A stretch of 64,000 nucleotides of DNA from Nitrososphaerota archaeon (GTDB lineage: Archaea; Thermoproteota; Nitrososphaeria; Nitrososphaerales; Nitrosopumilaceae): assembly GCA_028867755.1 (NCBI GenBank), contig JAGWFT010000001.1, positions 1,060,727 to 1,124,726 of the forward strand, given 5' to 3'. The number at the start of each line of letters is the position of its first letter. Position 1 is the first letter of the stretch. Under the pieces are notes generated by a model. That model ran no database searches and was not told where the DNA came from. It saw only the letters and a list, made by a program, of their open reading frames with translations. Below are positions 40,961 through 50,654 of this stretch, piece after piece. Made by a program: the position numbers and the translations under genes.

Positions 40961-41953
40961 TTATTTTGGGACTTCGTAGATTCGTTGCCTAGTATCTCGA
41001 AGTGACACCCTTCTTTTTACATAGCCTTTATCAAGTAAATGCCTCAAGGCCAGTCTTACGGTTCTATCTGGAAGAAGAGTTTTTGTAACTAGTTCCTTTT
41101 GAGTAAGAGATCCTTCGTATTCTAGTGTTTTAAGTAACAATTTTGAGCTTGGTGGCATGTTTAAGAGATCGTCTGCAAGTTTTACTTTTTTTGTCAAGGC
41201 AGAAACTGTGGTCGAGTCTTTTTTCATACGAATGACATTGGCTGTCTGTGGAAATTTTGTAAATTCCACAATTTTATCAACCTTGAATCTATCTTTTCCA
41301 TCCATTACAACTTCACATCTTAGACTAGACGATATATCATCAACCTCGACAAAATTATCTTCTGGAACTATCAATGGTCGCCTTGTTATATCAAGAGAGT
41401 TTACTGAAACAATACAAAGCACCTTAGAGCCTTGATAGATTGCTGGCCCTCCAGCAGACATGGAATATGCAGAAGATCCAATAGGAGTCGATATTATCAA
41501 ACCATCACTGCTATCATGCCAAAACTCTTCTCCGTTTACTCGTAAAACGTGTTCTACCAGAGTAGCACTTTTTGAAGAAAAAATTGCCACGTCGTTTAGT
41601 GCTGGGTAGACATTTTTTCCATCAATCTTAACCCCAATTCTAGTCAAGTTCTCTATTGTAAAATCTCCTTTTTTTAGCCTGTTAAGATAAGTTGGAAATT
41701 CTTTAAGATCAGTTTGAGCAAGATATCCACTTGATTCAAACTCATTAATTCCTAAAACTGGAATTGTGCTGTTTATGAATCGATGAAAATATGATCTTAC
41801 CCCTCTATCTCCACCAGTTACAACCACATAATCAATCTCTTTTCCAAATGTTTTGTTAGTAAGAACATGTGATTCTATGCCGTGGCTTTCAAGCGATAGC
41901 TTAACTGATTTTACAGTCTGGTCTTGTTCTTGACTATAGATAGCCACTTTCAT
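40961..41953 (-). CDS. NAD kinase with C-terminal MarR-like winged helix (start ATG 41953 preferred)
   Basis: TGGDRG, LNDVAI, DGLIISTPIGSSAYSMSAGGP; C-terminal PPSSKLLLKTLEYEGSLTQKELV...RTVRLALRHL. Confidence 0.88.
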   Translation of the reverse strand: MKVAIYSQEQDQTVKSVKLSLESHGIESHVLTNKTFGKEIDYVVVTGGDRGVRSYFHRFINSTIPVLGINEFESSGYLAQTDLKEFPTYLNRLKKGDFTIENLTRIGVKIDGKNVYPALNDVAIFSSKSATLVEHVLRVNGEEFWHDSSDGLIISTPIGSSAYSMSAGGPAIYQGSKVLCIVSVNSLDITRRPLIVPEDNFVEVDDISSSLRCEVVMDGKDRFKVDKIVEFTKFPQTANVIRMKKDSTTVSALTKKVKLADDLLNMPPSSKLLLKTLEYEGSLTQKELVTKTLLPDRTVRLALRHLLDKGYVKRRVSLRDTRQRIYEVPK

Positions 41954-41984
41954 ATCAAAGATGCAGTCCTTGCACAATAAAAGC

Positions 41985-42860
41985 CTAAACTTGAGAGAAC
42001 TTTACGAGGTTATACAAATAAGCAGCATTTTGTTGTATGGCACCAGAATTTGGGATTTTTGATAAACCTGTAGCTTTAGTGTCTAATGCAGCTTGAGCTG
42101 CTCCAACTGCAAAACAAATAGCCCATAGAGAATCTTTCTCTTTAAGATACGAACATGCAAATGCCGCACAGAATATGTCTCCTACGCCAGTTGTATCACC
42201 AATCACCATATTTGGAATGGTGAGATTATACAGCCTATCTTTCACTAGCATCGTTATGCTTTGTTTATTTGTGTAAAGAACATGTTTTACTCCTTTTTTT
42301 TGTAATGCAAGCATTGCCTCTTTTTCTCTTAGTCCAGTAAGATAGAAGGCTTCATCAGGATCTGTTTTAATTGCCGTTATTTTTGAGAGATCAAGTAATG
42401 TTTTTTCAAGATAAATTTTATTGTTATTATCAATTCTTCGTAAGAAACCTTGCGGATCAAATAGAAAAAAATCAGAATTGTCTCTTACTTGATCAAGTGT
42501 TTCTTCAGATACTTCATCAAAGACAGGGCTTACAATAAAACCATCAGCGTCAGAATTACTAAATTCTATTTGATCACATTTGGCTTTGAGATACAATTCT
42601 CTTTCCGTACCAGCAATATTTAGTAAAAAATGCGTAGTTGGATTACTAGAAGAAGAATTTGGCAGAAAAGTTAATCCTTTATTTTCAAGATCATGCTTGA
42701 ATTTAAAATCTGGGCCAACTCTAGTGTGTAATTCCACATCAAATTTCATATTTTTTGTAGTAAGTCCACAATAGGAAGCAGGTCCCCCAGGTGTTTCTAC
42801 TGTTTGCCCATTTCTTGATATCTCATCAATAGTGCAATGTGACAATATTGCAAGCTTCAT
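41985..42860 (-). CDS. PfkB/ribokinase-family kinase
   Basis: GGPASY, DPQG, DTTGVGDIF. Confidence 0.85.
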   Translation of the reverse strand: MKLAILSHCTIDEISRNGQTVETPGGPASYCGLTTKNMKFDVELHTRVGPDFKFKHDLENKGLTFLPNSSSSNPTTHFLLNIAGTERELYLKAKCDQIEFSNSDADGFIVSPVFDEVSEETLDQVRDNSDFFLFDPQGFLRRIDNNNKIYLEKTLLDLSKITAIKTDPDEAFYLTGLREKEAMLALQKKGVKHVLYTNKQSITMLVKDRLYNLTIPNMVIGDTTGVGDIFCAAFACSYLKEKDSLWAICFAVGAAQAALDTKATGLSKIPNSGAIQQNAAYLYNLVKFSQV

Positions 42861-42885
42861 CAATTATTTTCAGATACCTTTCCAT

Positions 42886-42996
42886 TTAGTCCTTCTTCTG
42901 ACGCTGTCTTTGAAGGCATGGAAGACAGATTATCTGACGTTTTTCTATCACTACCTCCACATTGGAACTAAGACATACGTGGCACAAGCCCCGCAT
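42886..42996 (-). CDS. 36-aa zinc-finger micro-protein (not in ORF track)
   Basis: MRGLCHVCLSSNVEVVIEKRQIICLPCLQRQRQKKD*: two CxxC. Confidence 0.55.
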   Translation of the reverse strand: MRGLCHVCLSSNVEVVIEKRQIICLPCLQRQRQKKD

Positions 42997-43106
42997 GTCA
43001 TGGTCTATGATATAGATACTTAAATTTCTTAATGAAGAATCAGACATTTATCAGAAAATTATCAGGCCGAATGCGTTTATTTAGTGGCATATTACAGTTA
43101 TATTAT

Positions 43107-43394
43107 ATGCCATTAAAGCGTGCAAGTAGAGGCAGGAAGAAGGGAGGCAAAGGATCCTCTGATCGTGTCCAATGCTCTAACTGTGGTGCAACCGTACCAC
43201 GTGACAAGGCAAAGAAAGTCACATCAAGACTAAATTTGGTAGAACATAGCTTAGCAAAAGAGCTTAGAGCACAAGGAGCATACATTGCCTCACCAACAGT
43301 ATTGAAACACTATTGCATTTCATGCGCAATTCATTTTGGCATATTAAAGATTAGATCAGCAGACTCTAGACGCCAAACTGGCAGACTCCGCTAG
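43107..43394 (+). CDS. rps26e: 30S ribosomal protein S26e (start ATG 43107)
   Basis: MPLKRASRGRKKGGKG, VQCSNCG..VPRDKAKK, YCISCAIH. Confidence 0.95.
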   Translation: MPLKRASRGRKKGGKGSSDRVQCSNCGATVPRDKAKKVTSRLNLVEHSLAKELRAQGAYIASPTVLKHYCISCAIHFGILKIRSADSRRQTGRLR

Positions 43395-43969
43395 TCGTTT
43401 ATCTTTTTGGCAGTAGCAATTATTCTTTGAATAAATGTAATTCCTGCTATGATGATTACTATTATGACAGCGTAATTGAGAAAAACCGCGCCTGCCATTC
43501 CAACAATTGCTATTACAAGTAATCTTTCTGCTCGTTCACCTATTCCAATTCCTTGAAGCTGAACACCTAACGATTCTGCCCTTGCCCTAGTATAACTTAC
43601 AAGCAATGACAAAGTAATTGCTAAAAGAACCAAGTATCCTTCGGAATAATTTCCAATCAATATGCCAAGAAATATTGCCACTTCTGCAATCTTGTCAAAA
43701 ACAGAATCTAGGAATGCTCCTTTTTTTGATACCTTGCCAGTTATTCTAGCTACTTGGCCGTCTACAATGTCAAAAAATCCTGATACTAGAAGAAGAATGC
43801 CACCAATTACAAATGAATACTGAAAATGAATTCCATAAACTATAGCTGATGCAAATGCAAATGCAAGACCAATCGCAGTCCAGAAATTTGCAGAAAGTCC
43901 AGTAGAAGCAAACGCTTTGCCTATACTTTGAAGAGTTGGTTTGAGGCCTTCTCTTAAATTGTTAAGCAT
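43391..43969 (-). CDS. CDP-alcohol phosphatidyltransferase (archaetidylinositol-phosphate synthase-like)
   Basis: DIVDGQVAR...GAFLDSVFD signature, SYTRARAE. Confidence 0.9.
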   Translation of the reverse strand: MLNNLREGLKPTLQSIGKAFASTGLSANFWTAIGLAFAFASAIVYGIHFQYSFVIGGILLLVSGFFDIVDGQVARITGKVSKKGAFLDSVFDKIAEVAIFLGILIGNYSEGYLVLLAITLSLLVSYTRARAESLGVQLQGIGIGERAERLLVIAIVGMAGAVFLNYAVIIVIIIAGITFIQRIIATAKKIND

Positions 43970-44058
43970 TTGACTCTCAATCGCTCTTTGGAATTAAAGC
44001 GTTTACGATACATAAATGGACCAAAAATACTCAAATAATATAGTGTAGAAGGTCTTGC

Positions 44059-44271
44059 ATGGGCATCATAGCAAAAGGTGCAAAGTGTAATGTTATTGGT
44101 TGCGATAAAGATGGGGTTCGCTCATTGACTACCTCAAAGGTAGAAGGCACCGGCTTGAGTATCACAGGTGTCGGAAAGAAAACTGTTCTATGCAAAGAAC
44201 ATTACAAAGAATGGAAAAAAGCCACAAAAGAAGACCGCGATGTAGAACGTGCCAGATACGACAGGTTTTAG
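44059..44271 (+). CDS. Small putative zinc-binding protein
   Basis: CNVIGC...LCKEH; 70 aa. Confidence 0.65.
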   Translation: MGIIAKGAKCNVIGCDKDGVRSLTTSKVEGTGLSITGVGKKTVLCKEHYKEWKKATKEDRDVERARYDRF

Positions 44272-44376
44272 CTCCTATCCTTAAACCCCGCAAGAATATA
44301 GCAAACAGACCTTATTCTATATTAGAGAAATACAATTCTTTCACGCTAAAAACCGAGGCCTTTATAATGCCCCAAT

Positions 44377-44976
44377 TTGTCAAACAATCCGATGAAGTCA
44401 AAACCAATGGGCGCACTATTTGGTGTTTTGGCTCTAGTTGCCATCATCGCAATAGCTCAACCAGCTTATGCAGCAAACGTCCCAATAACAATTAGCAAGG
44501 GCGCAAGTGCTACAAACGGAACATGCTCAGCAACAACCTGCTTCAATCCCCAAGTTGCAAACATCAACGTTGGAGACACTATAACCTGGACAAATGCTGA
44601 TACCGTTGGACATACTGCAACAAGCGGCAAGCCATCAGACAATCAGACAGGCACTGTCTTTGACAGTAGTTTGATTGCAGCTGGCAAATCTTACACGAGC
44701 ACTGCTTTCAATACAGCAGGCACATACAACTACTTTTGCATGGTTCATCCATGGATGACAGGCCAAGTAATTGTCGGAGCAGCCGCAACTAGTACACCAC
44801 CACCCACTAACGCGTCTTCAGGAAGCATGTCTGGAACGAACATGACTGGAAACAGTACCATGTCAGGAAATCAGACTGTACCAGAGTTTGGTCCTGTGGC
44901 CTCACTAGTTCTTGTAATTGCAATCATTAGTGTCGTCGCATTCACCGCAAAGACTAGAGGATTACCAAAACTCTAA
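44377..44976 (+). CDS. Blue-copper (plastocyanin-like) protein with PEFG-CTERM anchor
   Basis: Signal peptide, HTAT and YFCMVHPWM type-1 Cu ligands, S/T/N-rich linker, VPEFG + TM + basic tail. Confidence 0.9.
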   Translation: MSNNPMKSKPMGALFGVLALVAIIAIAQPAYAANVPITISKGASATNGTCSATTCFNPQVANINVGDTITWTNADTVGHTATSGKPSDNQTGTVFDSSLIAAGKSYTSTAFNTAGTYNYFCMVHPWMTGQVIVGAAATSTPPPTNASSGSMSGTNMTGNSTMSGNQTVPEFGPVASLVLVIAIISVVAFTAKTRGLPKL

Positions 44977-45142
44977 ATCTTCTATTTTTCTATTTTTAAT
45001 TCACAACATCTAGATGTATTTTTCTTATTTTCAAAATATGCAAGATCTTTGCAATACTTTCTCAGTGCATATTGAAGATTCTTGATTTTCTAGGTTTGTC
45101 AGTGTGTAATACACAATTACACTATACCAACACAGTTTTTGG

Positions 45143-45265
45143 TTATGAAGCAGCTAACTTGACTTCTGTTGCATAGTGCCGAGATACTTCATCATGCATG
45201 ATAACATGAGATTGTTCTTTGAAAACCAGGTTACATCGATAACATTTCCATGCTGTCATGCTCAT
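45143..45265 (-). CDS. 40-aa classical C2H2 zinc-finger micro-protein (not in ORF track)
   Basis: MSMTAWKCYRCNLVFKEQSHVIMHDEVSRHYATEVKLAAS*: C-x2-C-x3-F-x8-H-x5-H. Confidence 0.7.
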   Translation of the reverse strand: MSMTAWKCYRCNLVFKEQSHVIMHDEVSRHYATEVKLAAS

Positions 45266-45408
45266 TACTCACATAATGCAATTTTACTATATAAGACACA
45301 CTCATGATTTGTACTGTTGATAATTACCTAAAACAATTAACATGACTTGAAGTGAGCATTTGGTTCTTGTCATATAGTATTTTAATAACAACAAGGAACT
45401 CGATGTAG

Positions 45409-47181
45409 ATGCGCCCTTTTAAGATAGGCAAGTGGAACCTAAGTGAACTTGTAGTTGATCCATATTCCCCCGAGTTTAAGAGAAGGCTTGGTGCAATAGA
45501 TCTCAGAGTTAAAGAATTTGAAAAGAACAAGAAAAATCTAACTCCAAGTATTTCAGAAAAAAAATTCACAGCCATGCTTCATGATTTGGAAGAAATATCA
45601 GAAAAGTTCGGCATTGTGGCAGGTTATGCATCACTAGAATACTCCTCTGATACCCAGTCTGATAAGGTAACCTCACTTCTTACTAAAATGAGAAAATTTG
45701 GAGCAGAAGTTGACAACCGCACTTTATTTTTTGATCAATGGTGGAAAAAACAACTTGATGAAAAGAATGCAAAAAGACTAATGCGGCACACGGGAGAACT
45801 GCATGAATTTCTCAAACATAAGAGAGTGCTGGCACGATATTCGTTGACAGAACCTGAGGAGAAGATAATAAACACACTAGATGTCACAGGCCATTCTGCC
45901 CTCGTAAAGATATATGACAAAATTACAAATGCGTTCCAATTTACAGTAAAAGTGGATGGAAGAACAAGAACCTACACACGAGAAGAGCTTACTCAACTTG
46001 TGAGAAGCCCAAAGGCAAAAACAAGAGAGATTGCATACAAATCACTACTATCTCAATTTGACAAAAACAAAGGTGTTCTAGGTGAGATATATCAGAACAT
46101 TGCCACAAATTGGAGAGATGAGTGTATTCAAATCCGAGGATACTCTTCACCCATATCTGTCAGAAACATTGGAAATGACGTAGATGACAAAACTGTAGAG
46201 TCACTTATTTCGGTATGCAGGAGGAACTCTGATGTATTTCGAAAGTTTTTTTCATTAAAAGGCCGCATTCTAAAAGTAAAAAAACTCAGAAGATATGACT
46301 TGTATGCCCCTATTGAGAAAAAAGAGGAGAAAAAATACACATATGACAATGCAGTCAAAACTGTGCTTCAGACTCTTGGTAACTTTAGTCCCACACTGGG
46401 GGAGTTTGCAAAAAAAGTATTTGTGGAAAACCATGTTGACTCGCAAATAAGACCTGGAAAAAGAAGCGGTGCTTTTTGCAGTACAATTGCACCAAAGATA
46501 ACACCATTTGTTTTACTGAATTTCAAAGGAAGAACAAATGATGTCTTTACCATGGCGCATGAACTAGGACATGCAATACATAGCATTGCTGCAGCAGATA
46601 AATCAATTTTCATTCAGGAAGCACCACTGCCACTGGCTGAAACTGCATCTACATTTTCTGAGATGTTGTTATTTGATAGAATCTCAAATCAGGTCTCAGA
46701 GAAAGAACAACAACCAATTCTAGTTGAACACATAGATGATCTTTATGCCACGGTTGGAAGACAGGCCTACTTTACAGTTTTTGAGATAGCCGCACACCAG
46801 AGAATAGGGGAAAGCACAACAATACAAGACATCTCTGAAGAATACATGAGAACATTAAAAGAACAGTTTGGATCCTCGCTTTCAATTTCTCAAGACTTTG
46901 CAGTAGAATGGACATGTATCCCGCATTTCTTTCATTCTCCCTTCTATTGCTATTCATATTCATTTGGCAATCTACTGTCACTTTCTTTGTTCCAGAGATA
47001 CAGAAAAGAAGGACAATCATTTGCACCAACTTACGTAAAGATACTTTCTGCGGGAGGGGCAAAAAAACCAGAAGAGTTGCTCAGAGAACACGGAATAGAT
47101 ATAACATCTGAAAAGTTCTGGCAAGAAGGTTTTGATTATATCAAAAGTCAGATCAAAAGGCTTGAAAAAGTAGTATATTAA
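45409..47181 (+). CDS. pepF: Oligoendopeptidase F (peptidase M3B)
   Basis: WNLSEL, GKRSGAFC, TMAHELGHAIH, AETASTFSE, PHFFHSPFYCYSY. Confidence 0.92.
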   Translation: MRPFKIGKWNLSELVVDPYSPEFKRRLGAIDLRVKEFEKNKKNLTPSISEKKFTAMLHDLEEISEKFGIVAGYASLEYSSDTQSDKVTSLLTKMRKFGAEVDNRTLFFDQWWKKQLDEKNAKRLMRHTGELHEFLKHKRVLARYSLTEPEEKIINTLDVTGHSALVKIYDKITNAFQFTVKVDGRTRTYTREELTQLVRSPKAKTREIAYKSLLSQFDKNKGVLGEIYQNIATNWRDECIQIRGYSSPISVRNIGNDVDDKTVESLISVCRRNSDVFRKFFSLKGRILKVKKLRRYDLYAPIEKKEEKKYTYDNAVKTVLQTLGNFSPTLGEFAKKVFVENHVDSQIRPGKRSGAFCSTIAPKITPFVLLNFKGRTNDVFTMAHELGHAIHSIAAADKSIFIQEAPLPLAETASTFSEMLLFDRISNQVSEKEQQPILVEHIDDLYATVGRQAYFTVFEIAAHQRIGESTTIQDISEEYMRTLKEQFGSSLSISQDFAVEWTCIPHFFHSPFYCYSYSFGNLLSLSLFQRYRKEGQSFAPTYVKILSAGGAKKPEELLREHGIDITSEKFWQEGFDYIKSQIKRLEKVVY

Positions 47182-47252
47182 AATCGCCTGGCAGTCAAGC
47201 GCCCTCAACTGCCAGGCATGTTCCCCTACGGTTTGAACCGATGTCAGTGACT
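47181..47252 (-). ncRNA. Candidate structured small RNA (family not recognised)
   Basis: GC-rich intergenic island; 14-bp hairpin 47217-47186 with G-U pairs only on the minus strand; small hairpin CGGT-TCAA-ACCG; TTTAAA at 47275-47270 upstream; ends in ATTTT. Confidence 0.5.
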
Positions 47253-47366
47253 AGAGAGATACATTATAATTTAAACTATTGGGAGCAGATCTGAGCTATT
47301 TGTTGAGATGTAGGTTTGTTGCTAAAAATGTGTGAAGAATGGGTTTTTGCACTATCTTTCAATTTT

Positions 47367-48671
47367 TTAATTATTGATTAATTGTCTTTTTTTATATCGT
47401 ATTACAAACAGAATTGTGATAACAGAAATTATGCCTCCCACAATCAACCAAAGGTTGTTTGGCAGAGTCATTTCAGACTGAGTTCCAGTTGTCTTGTCCA
47501 TTAGTTCTAAAACTCCATGTGATGACGGTATTGACATGGTTGTTCCAGAAGGCCAAGATAACGCATAAAATGTACTACATGCAGAATTATTATTTCCAGA
47601 ACATGCTGATGCCTTTAACGAAATGCCATATCTATCTAAATTATGCAAAAGAGATAGTGGTATTCTAAATTCATATAGTCTGTGATCATAGTTTGATTCA
47701 ATAGGATCATTTGTGCTTGAGAACCCCATACTTGAATTATAACCTGAGGGTGGCACAAGGTCAATCGGATTACTTTGATTATCATATGTCCATACTTCGC
47801 TTCCAAAATTGGTACTCATTTTGGTTCCATTTAAGAAAGCATAGCTTGTTCCAACTCCTGTTTCGTTGACACTAAGAAAATTTCCCTGGGAGTTGCCTGA
47901 ATCAAAGATCATCAAGAAATGATATCCTAGTACAGGGGCGTAAGATGAATTTGTTTGGTCAGTCACAACATCAGCAAGAACGTAAAGAAAATTTGAATCA
48001 TGTTGTGCAAGGACATACATCTTGGACCCATTTCTCTCTGTGCTGACAGCTTTTGATGGATCCCACTCTGTAGTCCACTTTCCATTAATGATAGGAGGAG
48101 TATCGGTAAATGAAGCCTCCAATACTTGTGGTTTTCCAGACAAGGTAAAATTTTGAGCAACAGATCCTGCTGCAAGAGGGGCTTGTGTGAGCATCTGACT
48201 GCCTGTAATCTGAATCTCTTCTATTCCTTGATTGAATGCAATTTTTAAAATTCTGTTTGAAGGAGTTGTAGTCTCTTCATAGCCTAATCCGTGATTATTT
48301 CCACGTACCACAAAATGTGTCTCCTCGCCGTTCTTCGTGGCATCTATCAAAGTTCTTGGCAGATTTATTGTAAAGTTACCGTTCTTTGTTGTTTGTAAAG
48401 ATATGACAATAGAGTTGGATGTAGTATTGGCGTTTATTGAAACTAGTTTTCCTCCTGTAATATCATAGTTAACTGACATATTAGTTCCATTTACGCTAGC
48501 AAGATTATTCAAGTTGGCAGATGGCATCTGTTGACCAAATACAACTTGAGATGAGATGAAAATAGCAGTTAGTATTATAAATATAATCAAAACTCTACTG
48601 TTTTGGAAAATGTGTGTTTCAATATTAGATTTTGGGGACAATTTATTAGAAGGGTAAAATGAATCTATCAT
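47367..48671 (-). CDS. Exported multidomain surface protein (Ig-like plus DOMON/CBM9-like domain, C-terminal TM); start about ATG 48671
   Basis: Signal/TM segment, YDITGGKL...INLPRTLIDA, PPIINGKWTTEW...QHDSNFLYV, YEFRIPL, TM + KKR. Confidence 0.7.
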   Translation of the reverse strand: MIDSFYPSNKLSPKSNIETHIFQNSRVLIIFIILTAIFISSQVVFGQQMPSANLNNLASVNGTNMSVNYDITGGKLVSINANTTSNSIVISLQTTKNGNFTINLPRTLIDATKNGEETHFVVRGNNHGLGYEETTTPSNRILKIAFNQGIEEIQITGSQMLTQAPLAAGSVAQNFTLSGKPQVLEASFTDTPPIINGKWTTEWDPSKAVSTERNGSKMYVLAQHDSNFLYVLADVVTDQTNSSYAPVLGYHFLMIFDSGNSQGNFLSVNETGVGTSYAFLNGTKMSTNFGSEVWTYDNQSNPIDLVPPSGYNSSMGFSSTNDPIESNYDHRLYEFRIPLSLLHNLDRYGISLKASACSGNNNSACSTFYALSWPSGTTMSIPSSHGVLELMDKTTGTQSEMTLPNNLWLIVGGIISVITILFVIRYKKRQLINN

Positions 48672-48753
48672 ATTAAGAATTCGAAGCAAAAAAAGATTAC
48701 TAGATCCTCGCAACAGTTTTTCAAAATGATCGGACCTTATGGTACTTGAACAT

Positions 48754-49191
48754 TCAACCTGAAAAATAGAATGTTGTTTGAGATGTAACATTAGACGAAC
48801 CATATTGTGCTGATACAGCATATGTCCCACCAAGCTTCCAAATAGCAGGGGTAGTCATGATTGTAGCTTGAAATCTACCATCTAGAGAAACAGGAATTCG
48901 TTCAGCTTGTAAAAGTAAATTATTTGGATCAAGAATCAAAATTGTTACTGGAGTGCCAGCAACTGGCGATTTAACCATACCTGAAATTACGATTACATCG
49001 CCCATACTGTAAGAGGACTTGTCTGTGATAGCAGTGATAGAAGTCGGAGTAGGTTGGTTACTTGATTGTGTTATGCTGGATGTGGAATTGTTGACAGTGG
49101 TAACCTTGAATTCACCTTGTTCAAGATAGAGGATTATCGTTGTTATGACCACAATCACGACACATACTGCAATCAGGATTTTTCCATTCAT
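48754..49191 (-). CDS. Membrane-anchored single Ig-like domain protein
   Basis: N-terminal TM, TDKSSYSMGDVIVISG..VTILILDPN..GTYAVSAQYG. Confidence 0.75.
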   Translation of the reverse strand: MNGKILIAVCVVIVVITTIILYLEQGEFKVTTVNNSTSSITQSSNQPTPTSITAITDKSSYSMGDVIVISGMVKSPVAGTPVTILILDPNNLLLQAERIPVSLDGRFQATIMTTPAIWKLGGTYAVSAQYGSSNVTSQTTFYFSG

Positions 49192-49221
49192 GATTTAACT
49201 ATCCTACATTTCACGTATTAT

Positions 49222-50274
49222 CTAATGGCTAAATCTGACTCTGAAAATCAACAAGGAGATGATGGCAACCGTTAGAGTGACAAGAGTCGTGGTACCAAAT
49301 TCAGGAACAGTAGCTTTTTTCTGGGCACTGGAAGTTTGATTTTCTATTGAAAATTTTTGTACGGTGGGATGATATGGATTGCTGTCAGACACATACACAT
49401 TGCCCTCAGAATCAACTGTGATGCCTGTTGGCGACAAGAACTGGCCACTATCGGTTCCATTGGTTCCCCATGCGGTAACAAACTGTCCATCGTTTGTAAA
49501 TTTTTGTACATTTCTATTGCCAGCATCTGTGATGTATATATCATCATTTGAATCAATTGTGATTCCTATTGGTCTAGTAAATTGTCCATTTCCTGTACCT
49601 GAAGAACCCCATTTTGTTAGAAACTGGCCATCGTTTGTAAATTTCTGTATGCGATCGTTATTTGTATCAACCACATACACATTACCATTTTTGTCTAGCG
49701 CTATACCACTTGGGGTATCAAATTTTCCATCGTCGGTTCCAAGTGTCCCCCATGTGTTAATGGCATTACCATTGTTTGCAATTTCAAAGACAGAATTTTT
49801 TGATTGTTCTGTAAAATACATATTACCAGCAGAATCAACAGCAATACCAACAGGATACAACTGAGAAACAATAAATGATTTAACATAATTTCCTGAACTA
49901 TCAAATTCTTCGATCCTATTATTTGACTGATCAGTTACATAGATGCTTCCAGATGAATCAGCGGCAATATTTGTCGGTAAATTAAATTGCCCATAACCTG
50001 TTCCATATGTACCCCATGCAGAAAGAAACTTGCCATCATTTGAGAATTTCTCAACACGGTTATTGTTTGTATCAGTTACATACACATTATCATATGAATC
50101 CACTGCAACACCTACTGGTTCATTTAACATACCTTCAGAGTTACCTAAGGAACCCCACGAGGTAACAAAAGAGTATGTCTGTTGTGCAAGTGCAAATGCA
50201 AATGAAAAACCCGTACTAAAGTAAATCAATACACAGCCAATTATCAATAAAACCCAGGTCTTTTCTAATCTCAT
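49222..50274 (-). CDS. NHL-repeat beta-propeller with PEFG-CTERM anchor
   Basis: Six repeats of the type F..P.GIA.DS.GN.YV.D..N.R.QKF; signal peptide; VPEFG + TM. Confidence 0.9.
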   Translation of the reverse strand: MRLEKTWVLLIIGCVLIYFSTGFSFAFALAQQTYSFVTSWGSLGNSEGMLNEPVGVAVDSYDNVYVTDTNNNRVEKFSNDGKFLSAWGTYGTGYGQFNLPTNIAADSSGSIYVTDQSNNRIEEFDSSGNYVKSFIVSQLYPVGIAVDSAGNMYFTEQSKNSVFEIANNGNAINTWGTLGTDDGKFDTPSGIALDKNGNVYVVDTNNDRIQKFTNDGQFLTKWGSSGTGNGQFTRPIGITIDSNDDIYITDAGNRNVQKFTNDGQFVTAWGTNGTDSGQFLSPTGITVDSEGNVYVSDSNPYHPTVQKFSIENQTSSAQKKATVPEFGTTTLVTLTVAIISLLIFRVRFSH

Positions 50275-50654
50275 TTTTTAACTGACAAATTCTGGTTTTT
50301 TATTCTTTATTAAAGTTCGCCAACATGATAAAAACACAGATGAAGAAGAATGAGAAGTAAATCTGTAAGATGTCCTATTCTCTAAAATTGGATTTGATAA
50401 ATTGTTGATTTGTTTATCATGATGACAAAATACAGAATTGGGCGAATGAGTAGATGTAAAAAAACTCCAGTTTTTGCCAGATATGAACCAGTCAACGACA
50501 AACAAAGACATATCTAAAAGATAGAAAACTATGGAAAAAGAAGCCTAGTTCTCCAGCATGCATAGTTTTGCACGTTTTGTTCGTAATTCAAGTATAAAAA
50601 ATGCAATCAGCATAGCAAAAGCTATTTTATTTTACAATGCAAACTAATTTGTAA

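Noticed and set aside
42945-43000. MTCGAC (HMA/CopZ-like) reading on the minus strand
   Set aside because: Stops after 16 codons; the neighbouring frame gives a complete two-CxxC ORF
47218-47240. ATGTTCCCC...GAACCG resembles the ends of a type I-E CRISPR repeat
   Set aside because: Single copy, lacks the GGGG stem arm, no spacers and no cas genes
48672-48833. N-terminal extension of the 47367 ORF
   Set aside because: Overlaps the 3' end of the upstream Ig-domain gene in another frame; the signal segment starts after M55
50278-50511. 77-aa track ORF upstream of the NHL gene
   Set aside because: No motif, composition not protein-like; other frames are also broken
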